Shown: piece by piece, positions 1-10,177 of the stretch | How positions within the stretch are numbered: position 1 is the first letter of the stretch | Layout of the letters: each line of letters begins with the position of its first letter | Assembly (NCBI GenBank): GCA_041640595.1 | Contig: JBEPZY010000004.1 | Coordinates: 226,373-290,372 of the forward strand | Source: Gemmatales bacterium | Lineage (GTDB): Bacteria > Planctomycetota > Planctomycetia > Gemmatales > HRBIN36 | DNA: 64,000 nucleotides | Reading direction: 5' to 3' | The notes under the pieces: model-generated | Databases searched by the model: none | The model's input: only the letters and a program-made list of their open reading frames with translations | What the model was told of the DNA's origin: nothing | Translations under genes and position numbers: made by a program

Positions 1-389
1 ATGCTTCCCAATTCGGATAACCATCATGGCTCAGGTAGTATGACATTTCCAAGTCATTGGGCGCAGCATTAATTCTGATTATCAAGTGCTTCAAACGCCA
101 GTCAATGTTAGGAAAATCGGCGCTTGCTAAAGCGGCAAGCCAGGGGTACGACTCGACGAGGGCTGTGTTGGGAGGAGACCTGACCCAGAAGTGAGCCTGA
201 AATGGATGGAGGCGATGTTCCATTCCTGCCCCGTTCGCAGCTGGCAAAAAACCAAATGGGAGCCTCAGATCAGGCCGGTGTTGTTTTTGACAAGTTGCGA
301 ATCCGCAAGGCAGTGCAGTTTGAGAGTCCAGAGAAAAGGCGCACATAGACTTGGGCGGTGGGTCGGGAGGTGACAGGTCAGGGGCGAGT

Positions 390-486
390 CCAGCGTGACA
401 ATGGTCGGAAAAGCGGGGCCAAGATTCCACCATAGGGGTGACGACAACGAAAACACCCGGGTCGCAGTGGTCGGAAAAGCAGGGCC
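390..486. repeat. ~31-bp direct repeat pair, 66-bp offset
   Basis: TGGTCGGAAAAGC(G/A)GGGCC at 402-420 and 468-486; similarity extends back to 390/456; 35-bp unique insert. Confidence 0.7.
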
Positions 487-508
487 GGGGGTGGTGTGGA
501 TGCGGACG

Positions 509-1366
509 TTAGTCGTAGGAGGCGGGGAGGCGATCGAGGATGGAACGCAAGGCAGCGACTGCTTTCGGGAAAAGGTCGGGACCAGTTACGCCCCCGGTGG
601 GTCCACCACCGAGCAGATGCGGTTCGAGAGTAGCAAATCCGCGATAGCCCCGTTGCACGGCATCGGCTAACACTTCGGGAATCCGTCCCTGCCCTTCGCC
701 TGCGGGACGAGCGTGGGTTTCGCCACGGACCCAGTCTTTGATGTGGAAATGAACCGTCCAGTCGCGGGTCTTGAGCCAGCCTTCCCAGGGATCGTAGCCG
801 CAAAAAACGTAGTTGGCCGGGTCGTACACCGCTCGGAATTGTGGATGGTTGAGGGTGGTCAGCAAATCCAGGACTCGCTCCGGGGAATCGCCGTAGATGC
901 GATGTTCGTTTTCGTGGAGCAAGCGAACACCAGCTTTCTCGGCAATATCGAGTTTGCGACGGAACCGGTCGAGTATTTCGCTGCGATAAGGCTGCCAATC
1001 AAAGTTACCCTCGGCCGAAGCGGGCGAGTCCGGGGGATAATAGCTGAAAACGCGAATGTTGCTGGTCTCGAAGACCTTGCAGAGCTCGACCGCGCGTCGG
1101 AAGCGTTGCAAGTGCGGCTCGAAGGGATCGCTGATCTTGACCTTGCCGATAGGTGAACCGATCGCGCTGATGCGAAAGCCGCGAGCGTCGAGTTGCCGCT
1201 TGATTTCGCGCACCTGGTCGTCGGTGAGGTCGAGCACATTGGTTTTCCAGACCGAACGCAGCTCGATGTGCCGAATACCGCAACTTTCCAGCACCGCCAG
1301 TTGCTCTTGCAGGTCGGGAGAAATTTCGTCCGCAAAAGCCGATAGGGTGAAATGTGCATTCGCCAT
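509..1366 (-). CDS. Sugar phosphate isomerase/epimerase (xylose-isomerase-like TIM barrel)
   Basis: SAFADEI start; LHENE, YDPANY, HFHIKD and LEPHL metal-ligand motifs. Confidence 0.9.
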   Translation of the reverse strand: MANAHFTLSAFADEISPDLQEQLAVLESCGIRHIELRSVWKTNVLDLTDDQVREIKRQLDARGFRISAIGSPIGKVKISDPFEPHLQRFRRAVELCKVFETSNIRVFSYYPPDSPASAEGNFDWQPYRSEILDRFRRKLDIAEKAGVRLLHENEHRIYGDSPERVLDLLTTLNHPQFRAVYDPANYVFCGYDPWEGWLKTRDWTVHFHIKDWVRGETHARPAGEGQGRIPEVLADAVQRGYRGFATLEPHLLGGGPTGGVTGPDLFPKAVAALRSILDRLPASYD

Positions 1367-1384
1367 AGTCGCCGCTCCTGTTGC

Positions 1385-3751
1385 TTATGCCGTGTGTTCG
1401 TCGCTGATAATCTGCAACGGGGCTTTGGCAACGACGAAAGTTTTCTCTCCGTACTGCGGGAAGCGAATGGTAACCCGCAAGCCTGGCCCGAAACCGCTGA
1501 CGGCACAGACCGAGCCGACACCGTACACCTGATGGCGCACCAGCAGTCCGGGTCGCCAGATCGGCTCGCCAGTGCCGTCGCCGTTGGCACCTGGTCGAGC
1601 GAAGCCTGCGGAAGCCAGGGTTGGCGTGCGGGTCTCGCCTGTCCGGTCGGCAAAGCCTGCGCAAGCTGCTGTGTCGTCGGTATAGTCGTGAATGAGAACG
1701 TGCTCCTGTGGCAATTCGCCCAAAAACGAGCTGGGAACACAGTAGCGGGTTTGCCCCCGGAATAGCCGCAAGCGCGAGCAGGAAAGATGCAGTTCGTCCT
1801 TGGCTCGCGTCATGCCGACAAACAATAGCCGACGCTCTTCCTCGAGTTCCTCCTCATTCTCGCGGGACCGTTCGTGGGGCAGTAAACCTTCCTCCAGGCA
1901 AGGCAGGAACACCACCGGGAACTCGAGTCCCTTGGCAGCATGGAGTGTCATCACCGCCACTGCATCCTGACCTTCCCGAAATCCGTCCACCTCGCTGACC
2001 AGGGCGACGTGCTCTAAAAAGTAAGCCAGCGAATGGTCTCCGGTTTCCTCGGCGAGAGTTTCAGCAGCGGAGATCAGTTCCTCAATGTTAGCCAGGCGTT
2101 CCCGGTCTTCCTCGTCGTTACTTTCCAGAAGTGCCTTGCGGTAGCCGGTGCGTTCGATAACTTCGGTGATAATTTCTGCGGCGGTGAGGTCGGTGAGCTG
2201 CCGCAGTTCGTGAATGAGACGGGCAAACTCCTGGAGCGGAGCGAGCTGACGTGGACGCAATTCCCGAATACGCTCGGCCTCCGCACACGCTTCCAGCAGG
2301 CTCAAACCACGCTGGGCGGCGTATTCCCGTAAGCGTTCCAGTGTCATCTTGCCGACACCGCGAGGCGTGGCTAACAGCGCTCGCTGGAATGATAGATCAT
2401 CTCGCGGATTGACCAGAATCCGCAGGAAAGCCAGTACATCGCGGTTTTCCTTCCGCTCAAAGAAGGCCAGGCCACGCACAATCTGGTACGGGACACGGCG
2501 ACGCAGGAACGCTTCCTCAAAAATGCGGGACAGCGCATTGATGCGCAGAAAGATCGCGAAATCGGAATAACAGCGCCGGCCACTTTGTACCGCCTCGGCA
2601 ATGGTGGCCGCGATAAAGTCCGCTTCCTGATCGCTGCTTGGGAAAAATCGCACCTGCACGGGTAAACCTTCCCGGCGTGTGGTGAACAAACGGCGTGGCT
2701 TGCGGCGACGATTGAAGCTAATCACATGGTCGGCCACATGCAAAATCGGTGCGGCGCTGCGGAAATTCTCGTCCAGATATACCACCGTGCAATTGGGATA
2801 ATCGCGCTCGAAATCGAGGATGTTTTGTATGTCAGCACCACGCCAGCGGTAAATGGACTGGTCAGGATCGCCAACCACGCAAACGTTTGGATAATCACGC
2901 GACAGTTGCTTCAGAATGACATACTGGGCGTGGTTGGTATCCTGATATTCGTCCACGAGGATGTAGCGGAAGCGGGCATCCAGTTCGGCTCGCCAGTCGC
3001 TCAGGTTGGGCGAAAGTAACGCCCGCGCCAGCCAGTAGAGCAGGTCGTCGAAATCCAGGGCGTTCAGTTCACGCATCTTCCGCTCGTAAAGCGGATAAAT
3101 CTCGGCGACCTGGCGGCTGAAATAATCGGCAGCGCGAGCGGCATACTCGACCGGGCCCAGCAGAGCATTCTTGGCCCGGCTGATAGCGGCTTGCAAACTT
3201 TCCACGCTGAACCGAACACTGTCCAGATTCGACCGCTCCAGCACCTCGCGGAGCACTTCTTTGCGATCATCCTGGTCGTAGATGGTAAATTGGCCATTCA
3301 GGCCGAGCCGGTCGGCGTATTGCCGTAATACACGGGCCGCGAAGCTGTGAAAGGTGCTGATCCAGACACCGCACTGCGGCAACAGCTGTTCGATGCGGCG
3401 CTGCATTTCGCGGGCGGCTTTGTTGGTAAAGGTAATGGCCAGAATCTGCCACGGCTTGATACCCTGCGCCAGCAAATGGACAATCCGTCGCGTAATCACT
3501 CGCGTTTTGCCGGAGCCAGGACCGGCAAGGACTAACAGTGGCCCATCCACGTGGGTGACCGCTTGCTTCTGGGCTTCGGTCAAATCCCTCAGGTAGGCTG
3601 GTTCCGATTCGAGAAAAGACTTTCGTGGAAGCATGGCTGGGTGTGGCGGAGCAAGTGCCCCGTTGGCATCGGTAGCTGGCAATTGGGACTCCGCCCCACG
3701 GGGGGTGTTGCATCCTTTCGCTATTTTGCTTGCTTTTCTGGCCATCCTCAT
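1385..3751 (-). CDS. pcrA: ATP-dependent DNA helicase PcrA/UvrD
   Basis: LAGPGSGKT, TFTNKAAREM, VDEYQDTN, VGDPDQSIY, ENFRS, MTLHAAKGLEF, EERRLLFVGMTRA; C-terminal Tudor-like tail; true start may be 3634. Confidence 0.95.
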   Translation of the reverse strand: MRMARKASKIAKGCNTPRGAESQLPATDANGALAPPHPAMLPRKSFLESEPAYLRDLTEAQKQAVTHVDGPLLVLAGPGSGKTRVITRRIVHLLAQGIKPWQILAITFTNKAAREMQRRIEQLLPQCGVWISTFHSFAARVLRQYADRLGLNGQFTIYDQDDRKEVLREVLERSNLDSVRFSVESLQAAISRAKNALLGPVEYAARAADYFSRQVAEIYPLYERKMRELNALDFDDLLYWLARALLSPNLSDWRAELDARFRYILVDEYQDTNHAQYVILKQLSRDYPNVCVVGDPDQSIYRWRGADIQNILDFERDYPNCTVVYLDENFRSAAPILHVADHVISFNRRRKPRRLFTTRREGLPVQVRFFPSSDQEADFIAATIAEAVQSGRRCYSDFAIFLRINALSRIFEEAFLRRRVPYQIVRGLAFFERKENRDVLAFLRILVNPRDDLSFQRALLATPRGVGKMTLERLREYAAQRGLSLLEACAEAERIRELRPRQLAPLQEFARLIHELRQLTDLTAAEIITEVIERTGYRKALLESNDEEDRERLANIEELISAAETLAEETGDHSLAYFLEHVALVSEVDGFREGQDAVAVMTLHAAKGLEFPVVFLPCLEEGLLPHERSRENEEELEEERRLLFVGMTRAKDELHLSCSRLRLFRGQTRYCVPSSFLGELPQEHVLIHDYTDDTAACAGFADRTGETRTPTLASAGFARPGANGDGTGEPIWRPGLLVRHQVYGVGSVCAVSGFGPGLRVTIRFPQYGEKTFVVAKAPLQIISDEHTA

Positions 3752-3888
3752 GCCTCGGTCAAAGAGAATTGCCCCGGCGACTGTGTTGCAGCCCGGGCCA
3801 GGCCAGCCATTCTAGCTGCCCCCTACAAAATTGTCCTCGTCTTTTGGTATATTGACAGAAAGCGATGGCTGGCACAGCAGGCAGGTCC

Positions 3889-4371
3889 ATGAACATTTTC
3901 GGCATCGGCACCGATATCGTCGAATGTGCACGGATCGCCCGTATGCTGGAAAAGCATGGGGAGGTCTTTCTGCGGCGTGTGTTCACAGCGGAGGAGATTG
4001 CCTATTGCCGCCCTCGCAAACGCTTCATCGAGCATTTTGCCGGTCGCTGGGCCGCAAAGGAAGCCGTTTTCAAATCCCTCGGTACTGGCTGGGCAAAAGG
4101 CATGTGCTGGACCGATATTGCCATTACCCATGACCCGCGCGGTCAACCTCACGTTCAGGTTCGCGGGGCAGTCGAAGAATATATGCGAGCCTGCCACATC
4201 AGCACCATTCTCGTGAGTATCTCGCATTGCCGACGATATGCCACGGCCTGTGCGATAGCTTTGCTCGATGCCGCGGTGCAGCTGCCTGCATCAAGTGAAA
4301 TCGCACTCCCTGGTGGTATTGAACAGCAAGCAGGTGCGGCACATTCTTCGCCGATTTCCCGGACTGAGTAA
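3889..4371 (+). CDS. acpS: Holo-[acyl-carrier-protein] synthase
   Basis: MNIFGIGTDIVE, AGRWAAKEAVFKSLGTG, VSISH; start taken at ATG 3889. Confidence 0.95.
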   Translation: MNIFGIGTDIVECARIARMLEKHGEVFLRRVFTAEEIAYCRPRKRFIEHFAGRWAAKEAVFKSLGTGWAKGMCWTDIAITHDPRGQPHVQVRGAVEEYMRACHISTILVSISHCRRYATACAIALLDAAVQLPASSEIALPGGIEQQAGAAHSSPISRTE

Positions 4372-4388
4372 ATTTCTGAGGTCTGGCC

Positions 4389-7028
4389 ATGATGCTGCTT
4401 TGGAAGCCACGTCAGCTGTGGCCAAGTGGGGCAAGGTTTGGGCTGGTGCTATCGCTGGCCACGAGCCTGATCGTGATGCTGGCTGCGCAAACGCCTGTGG
4501 AGGAAAAGGAGGAGAGCAAGCCACCCAAATTGCGCAGCGATCTGCCCCTGTTGCCGCCGCTGGAGTCGCTGCAAAAGATCGTGGTGCAGCCGCTGGCCGA
4601 GTTATTGCTTGAAGCGGAACGTACCAGTCATCCGGCCGTCCGCGACTTACTGCGTCGGCTCGCTTATCCGCACGACCGGGTCGTGTTACGCAATGGCAGT
4701 GTTTTGCGCGTGGCGCCCCTGGCTCGTCCTTTGGAACAGGAAAAAGCGGCGCAACTGAAATTGCAAGTGATTACTCCCACCGGGCAGCTGGAGACGCAAC
4801 GTGCGGTTGCTCGCGACGAGGTGCTGCGGGTGGAGTATTTCGAGCGGTTTGCGATACAGGAAGTGTTGCAGCTAGGCCAGGAGACGGGTGCCGGTAAATC
4901 GCCTATGAAACAATCGCAGGTGCTGCGTCTGGCGGAGTTTGTCCTGGAACAGCTGCTGGCGTTTCACGGTCAGGGAATACGTGCGGAAGGTTGGGGCGAT
5001 GTTCAGAAGCAGTTGCAGCAGCAACTCAAGCAAACCCGGTTGCAATGTCTGGCGGCTTTGCAGCAGGAGAATCAGTGGCAGGAAGCCACCGCCTGGGCCG
5101 ATCGTCTCCTGGAGGAGTACAAGGGAGATGCGGAAATTGTCGCCCAGTTTCGTCAGCTTGTTGAAACCACCGCGGAACAGGCAATCGCCCGAAAGGATTA
5201 CGTTACGGTTCGGCGGGTCCTCGACCGCTTGAATGCCCGCTTGCCAGGCACTACCAGTCCCGCTCTGGAACGCTACCAGCGTGTCCTGTACGAACACGCT
5301 GAGTCGCACCTCAAACAGGCACAGCAACTGCAGGAAAAAAACGACTGGGTCTCCGCCTGGCTAGCCGGAGCCGAAGCCGCTCGCCTGGCACCGAACTGGG
5401 AGCGCGTGCAATTGTTCCAACGCCAGCTTTTACGCCGTTATCCCTTCCTTATCGTGGCAGTGCCGCAGTTGCCGCACACCACCTGGCCACCGCTGGCTAT
5501 GACCCTGAGCGACCAGATGGCTGTCAGCCTGCTTTACGAATGGCTCATTGAACCGCGTCAACCACCGCTGACCAGCGCAGGATACTGGAGCAGTCCGGGT
5601 TTTGCTCCTTTTCGGCAGCGCGGCTCGTGGTTTTTCAACTGGCCCAGTTACCCTCTGCTTTTCGCCACTTCGTCAGGAGAACGGCTGGCACGCTGGCAGG
5701 ATGTGCAGTTCAGCCTGCATTGTGCAGGCGACCCCCAGCTCCTGCTGTACGAACCCCTGTGGGACAAACGCTGGTCCACCTGGCACACCATCGAACTGTC
5801 CACCGGCCAGTGGCAGGTGCAGATGCCTTTGAGTTGGGGCGACCCGATGCGGCTTTTTTACCTCCCCTTGCTGCCAGCTACCGATGAGAACTCCTCGCAT
5901 CCGGGAGATTCTGGCAAGCAGCTTCCAGCTCCGTTTGTCGCCGGGACTGGCCCTTATGTTCTTGCGGAACGCTCGGATAACCAGTGGGTGTTTCGTGCTC
6001 GTCCCGGCTGGGTCCGACCCCATGCCCAGGAAGGGCCGCTTCTGCGAGAGATTCGCTTCCGCCGTTACACGGATATTCGCCAGGCTCACGAGGACCTGGA
6101 ATGCGGAGCCGTTCACCTGGTGGTCGGTCTGACGGCACGCGATGCCGATACCTTTGCGAACATTCCGCACGCACGCATTGTCTGTCTGCCCAGGCAGGAA
6201 GTTGCTCCCGGCGGTATCGCTTTCAGTCCCCGCGTGGCCATGCTGGCTTTCCATCGCCGCCGGCCCACCGTTCAGTCCGCGCTCCTGCGACAGGCCATCT
6301 CGGCCGCTCTGGATCGGCAAGCGCTCTTACAAACCCATTACCGCGGTCGCGACCCCACCACGTATCGCCTCACGGGAGGCCCGGCACCACTGGCCAGCTG
6401 GGCTTACCATCCCGACTATTCCCCGACGCTGCGTTCGCCTTATCATCCCGCAACCGCCCGCGAGCTTTTCCAGCGTCTTGCCGGGCCGGCTACGGGCAAG
6501 CCCGGTACTTCCGGAGCAAAACCGTCTTCGACCCTGCCCACGCTTTCCCTCTGGTATCCTCAAGAGGAAGCCGCAGTGCATTCCGTAGTCCAGGACATTC
6601 GCAATCAGCTTGCCGCTTACGGATTGAAGTTGGAACTTCGAGCCGCAACCGCTCAGGAAATCCTCGCCGCCTGGAAAACTCCTAACCCGCCTTACGACGT
6701 GCTGTTCTGGATTGCCGAATACCCTGCCGAAGGCATGACACCGTTCCGCTGGCTTAGTCCTGCCCCACCAGGCCAGGCCTGGCCCGACCCCTTCGGGCTT
6801 GCCGATGAGCCTACCGTTGCCCAGCTTCGCCAGCGCTACTGGCAAAGCGATGACCCGGCCAGCTCCCGGAGAACTCTCCACCAGCTTCACGCTCACCTCG
6901 TGGATCAGGCCTGGATTGTCCCGCTCTGGGAAATGGACCGTTTCGTGGTTGTCTGGAAGAATCTTGGTATCCCGTATTTCCACCCGTGCTGGGTTCTCCA
7001 CCACGTCGAATCCTGGACGTGGAACTAA
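4389..7028 (+). CDS. ABC transporter substrate-binding protein (family 5-like) with long helical/TPR-like N-terminal region
   Basis: Signal-like N-terminus; GTGPY, LRQAISAALDR, ARELF and WIVPLW motifs typical of SBP_bac_5. Confidence 0.75.
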   Translation: MMLLWKPRQLWPSGARFGLVLSLATSLIVMLAAQTPVEEKEESKPPKLRSDLPLLPPLESLQKIVVQPLAELLLEAERTSHPAVRDLLRRLAYPHDRVVLRNGSVLRVAPLARPLEQEKAAQLKLQVITPTGQLETQRAVARDEVLRVEYFERFAIQEVLQLGQETGAGKSPMKQSQVLRLAEFVLEQLLAFHGQGIRAEGWGDVQKQLQQQLKQTRLQCLAALQQENQWQEATAWADRLLEEYKGDAEIVAQFRQLVETTAEQAIARKDYVTVRRVLDRLNARLPGTTSPALERYQRVLYEHAESHLKQAQQLQEKNDWVSAWLAGAEAARLAPNWERVQLFQRQLLRRYPFLIVAVPQLPHTTWPPLAMTLSDQMAVSLLYEWLIEPRQPPLTSAGYWSSPGFAPFRQRGSWFFNWPSYPLLFATSSGERLARWQDVQFSLHCAGDPQLLLYEPLWDKRWSTWHTIELSTGQWQVQMPLSWGDPMRLFYLPLLPATDENSSHPGDSGKQLPAPFVAGTGPYVLAERSDNQWVFRARPGWVRPHAQEGPLLREIRFRRYTDIRQAHEDLECGAVHLVVGLTARDADTFANIPHARIVCLPRQEVAPGGIAFSPRVAMLAFHRRRPTVQSALLRQAISAALDRQALLQTHYRGRDPTTYRLTGGPAPLASWAYHPDYSPTLRSPYHPATARELFQRLAGPATGKPGTSGAKPSSTLPTLSLWYPQEEAAVHSVVQDIRNQLAAYGLKLELRAATAQEILAAWKTPNPPYDVLFWIAEYPAEGMTPFRWLSPAPPGQAWPDPFGLADEPTVAQLRQRYWQSDDPASSRRTLHQLHAHLVDQAWIVPLWEMDRFVVVWKNLGIPYFHPCWVLHHVESWTWN

Positions 7029-7182
7029 CCACCCAGGCTATTAGCCCGGCAAGCTACCACCGCTCCACCTCGTCGAATCCTAGAGCCGCAATTAACCACC
7101 CCACCACCAGCAACTGATCCGCAGCACTATAAGAATTATTTTAGGCCTCCGCCCCTTGGCGTCGGTGGTACTAACATTGCCC

Positions 7183-7289
7183 CTATGACAAGCATCCAAC
7201 GCCCCACATCTTACCCTCAAGGGTACTAACATTGCTCTCCGCGAGCACCGCGCACTATAATAAGCGTCCCATACCTCTGCGTCTTACCC
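7183..7289. repeat. Degenerate ~34-bp direct repeat pair, 72-73-bp offset
   Basis: CTATGACAAGCATCC...TCTTACCC (7183-7216) vs CTATAATAAGCGTCC...TCTTACCC (7255-7289). Confidence 0.45.
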
Positions 7290-7632
7290 CGCTTCGATTC
7301 CCGTTGGCGAGTTAGTCATCCGATTCAAGGGACTACAGCGTCCTAAGTCTCCGCACCCTAACCGGCCTTGATTCACTGACGGTGAAATGTTGGCCGCTAT
7401 CGTAATTGCTACGTCCCCACATATTAACCCACCTTGGTTGCCGCAAAGCCAATCCTTACTGCCACACTTGCTTGCTAACTTCTCGCAGAGTTGCTAACGC
7501 TGCAATGATATAGCTTTGTCGCCCTATTATTAGCGACAACCAACGGTGCAGCATGACTCGCATATTGGGACCACCGCGACGTTCTAATTTGCCGTCATGG
7601 CCTTTGTAAGCCCCGTCACCACGGGTGTTGTG

Positions 7633-7672
7633 CTTAAGCGTCTGAGCCACATCTTAAGCGTCTGAGCCGCAT
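7633..7672. repeat. 20-bp tandem duplication
   Basis: CTTAAGCGTCTGAGCC(A/G)CAT x2. Confidence 0.85.
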
Positions 7673-7731
7673 ATTGACAATTGCTAATCGCAAACATGCC
7701 TTCCGACAGGCCGTGCTGTCTGCGCACTTTC

Positions 7732-8451
7732 TCAATAAGGCTTAGACTTTTTGTCCCCACCGGCACTATCAGGCTGAGGTTGACGGAATAGCATACTGGA
7801 AAACTGCAAGTCTATCTTTGGCGGCTTAAAGTTCGCTCTGGTCCCAATGATCTCAAACGGCTGAAGAACCTCGAATTTGGATTCCAAGATCAAAGTTCCG
7901 GGCATCTTCAGAACTTCTCCTAGGTATTGATAATGCGGCGGCACCTTATGAACCACTACCGATATTTCATAACGGATTTGCCCGCCCGCACGTGGCGGAT
8001 TTTCTTCGTTATTGATCACCAGGCTCTTAACATGAACGTCCATCCGCCTGTGATGGATCACTTTTCCTTTACCCAGCCCAAAAGTGGACCCGTCCACCAC
8101 TCGGCCGTTGCTCACAGTTCCCACCGCGGTTGCAGCCAGGGTGTCGATCTTCCATCGCATATCTTTGTTGTCGAAATGATAAAAAATGCGAAAGGATACC
8201 TTCGCTTCCTTTCGTAGCCAGTCAAGGCCCGACTCAGCAGCTAATCTATTACTTGATTCCGGCACATTTCTGGCAACCTTGTTAAGATGCTCCCATAGTT
8301 CGTCCGATGGCGCGTAAACGACGTTACCTGACGCCCTTACTTGTTCTGCCCAGCTGAATTGCCGCGGCGTCGGCCACGCGAAGATCGTTGCACAAATCAA
8401 CATGAGGCAACACTCAACGGCTTTCTTGGTCCGCATGTTTTCTCCTTTCAC
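7732..8451 (-). CDS. Hypothetical secreted protein in low-GC cassette
   Basis: 239-aa ORF with basic/hydrophobic signal-like N-terminus; no family recognised. Confidence 0.7.
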   Translation of the reverse strand: MKGENMRTKKAVECCLMLICATIFAWPTPRQFSWAEQVRASGNVVYAPSDELWEHLNKVARNVPESSNRLAAESGLDWLRKEAKVSFRIFYHFDNKDMRWKIDTLAATAVGTVSNGRVVDGSTFGLGKGKVIHHRRMDVHVKSLVINNEENPPRAGGQIRYEISVVVHKVPPHYQYLGEVLKMPGTLILESKFEVLQPFEIIGTRANFKPPKIDLQFSSMLFRQPQPDSAGGDKKSKPY

Positions 8452-8484
8452 ATTAGCCGCCTACCGGTTGGAGGCTCATGGTGG

Positions 8485-9435
8485 TTACTTCTGTATTTTT
8501 TCGGCCCGCCACTTGTTCGGCCCCTCACGAATGAGTTTATGGTGGTCCAGAGAAATTTCCCAGCGTTTATGCTCGTGGCTCCAATTGATAAACCACCTGT
8601 CCGACAAACGCAGGAGTGGTACCTCGGCGGTGCCCTTTCCTTCCACAATTGTGTTTCGCGGCTCGACTAAGTAGTACCCGGACGGCGCAGGACGAACCCA
8701 GGGAGTTTCCGGGAACCTCTTCTTCACGAAGTCTTTGTCCTTGTCCTTCAAAACCGAAACATTGACCAGTTCTCCTGGATTTAGTTCCGATGGCAGTTTG
8801 AAATCAAGAGCCGCCCCGTAACCAGATTTACCGCGTTGTACACGAGCAATCGGGATTGTTAATGCAGCCCGCGCATCCTTGTTGGGGTCGAACTCCCAAA
8901 ACTCCAGCATTTCCGGCAAATCTGGATCTCTTGCATACTCAGAAGCTATGTACCAAGCGACAGGCCCAGCAACTTCCGTAGCGGGGAACAGGAACCCTGC
9001 GGGTCGAATGCAGAAGATGGCGCCCTTGCCAGCTTTGTGATCTACCTCGATGTGCCACCACCACAGAAGAGGGTTTGCGCGGTTTGTATTTGATAATCGA
9101 ACCAGGTCCTTCACTGTAATCCAGACGTCTTTATCTCCACGGCGCAACCAGAGCATAAGGTAGGGCCACATATACGGGCACCCGTCGCCTGTAATATCAA
9201 CGGTAAAATACTATGCGAATAATTCGTAACGTTCTCCTGATTGACTGCCCTTGAAGACCCGTAAGGGCTGAAGGTCTTCTCCCCAAAGAACCTCAAAGTC
9301 TGGCTGAGTAACCGGTGGCCTTGTTTCCTGAGGCTTGCTTTGCTGGTTATGGTTCTCAGTTCTTAACTCCTGCGTCAAGAGCAAAACAAGCCCGGGGATT
9401 AGAAATGCCTTCCACCAAATCTTTGGCCTAGCCAT
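8485..9435 (-). pseudogene. Secreted hypothetical protein interrupted by one in-frame TAG (9211-9213)
   Basis: ORFs 9211..9435 and 8485..9171 are in one frame: ...YELFA*YFTVDITGDGCPYMWPYL...; GGAGG RBS and signal peptide at 9435. Confidence 0.75.
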
Positions 9436-9458
9436 AGCTTGGCCTCCGTAGGAAAATT

Positions 9459-9851
9459 TTAGGACCCTGGTCGTGGCTCATCGGTAAACCAGGTTAGCCT
9501 TATCCCCTCCTTCTTGGGACGGAAAAATACCAACAATTCGCCTTTGGGAGACCGCGTCTCGAAGTATGCGGCGCCCAGAGCGGTCCGTTCCCAATCTTCC
9601 GCGCTAGCAAATGGACCCGCCCCATAAGAAGGATCGTAGTACTTCCCGTTATATTTGACAACTGCGCGATTAACAAACACTTGCTTATTGATTGGCTTGT
9701 TATTGTCGCCCTGGACAGGTATAGAGCCCTGGGCATCGCTTGGCTTGACAGGACCTTGAGGATTATTCAGGTCGAAAGGCACCGTTTGAAGTCCTACATA
9801 ACACGCATAGCCTTGGGGAGGCGGAGGAAGATTGAGCTGCTGCGGTTGCGT
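9459..9851 (-). pseudogene. Orphan C-terminal fragment with papain/transglutaminase-like motif (possible toxin tip)
   Basis: Frame open from 9851 without an obvious RBS/ATG; VFVNRAVVKYNGKYYDPSYG resembles an N-H-x(10)-YDPSYG motif with R at the His position. Confidence 0.45.
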
Positions 9852-10023
9852 TTAAAAGGAAACCACTTTCTCCGTCGCAAAAATGTTTGCGTGTGAAAGC
9901 AAACGGGTCGCGGGGGTGAATGTTGGCGGCAAGGGCGATAACGAACGGTCACGCTGGTTTGCTTTGCAGAATGATCAGCAGTCAACGAATTCCTTGCCTC
10001 AGCTCCTTGATTGCCGTGGGGGC

Positions 10024-10118
10024 CGCAGCGGATTATCGTAATTTCAACCGGCACGGTGCAGGACTACTGCGTACATTGATTGTCTGGGACGCAGGAAAGT
10101 ATCGTAATTTCAACTGGC
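10024..10118. repeat. ~29-bp direct repeat pair, 66-bp offset
   Basis: CGCAGCGGATTATCGTAATTTCAACCGGC vs CGCAGGAAAGTATCGTAATTTCAACTGGC. Confidence 0.7.
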
Positions 10119-10177
10119 TCCGACGGTCGCGGATTCGGCAAGCCAGTATTTGGAACATTCTCGATGGAGAAAGGGCC

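Noticed and set aside
1..389. Gene or RNA at the window start
   Set aside because: Only short featureless ORFs; nothing supportable
9211..9213. Genome-wide TAG recoding
   Set aside because: TAG terminates conserved genes here (rplY, nth, second fusA) at the expected positions
9920..10177. Long N-terminal ORF extensions (sulfatase; also fusA 34636, C45 35973, permease 38494, LRR 43378, treZ 45237)
   Set aside because: They overlap neighbouring genes or repeats; better starts with RBS, signal peptide or family N-terminus lie downstream
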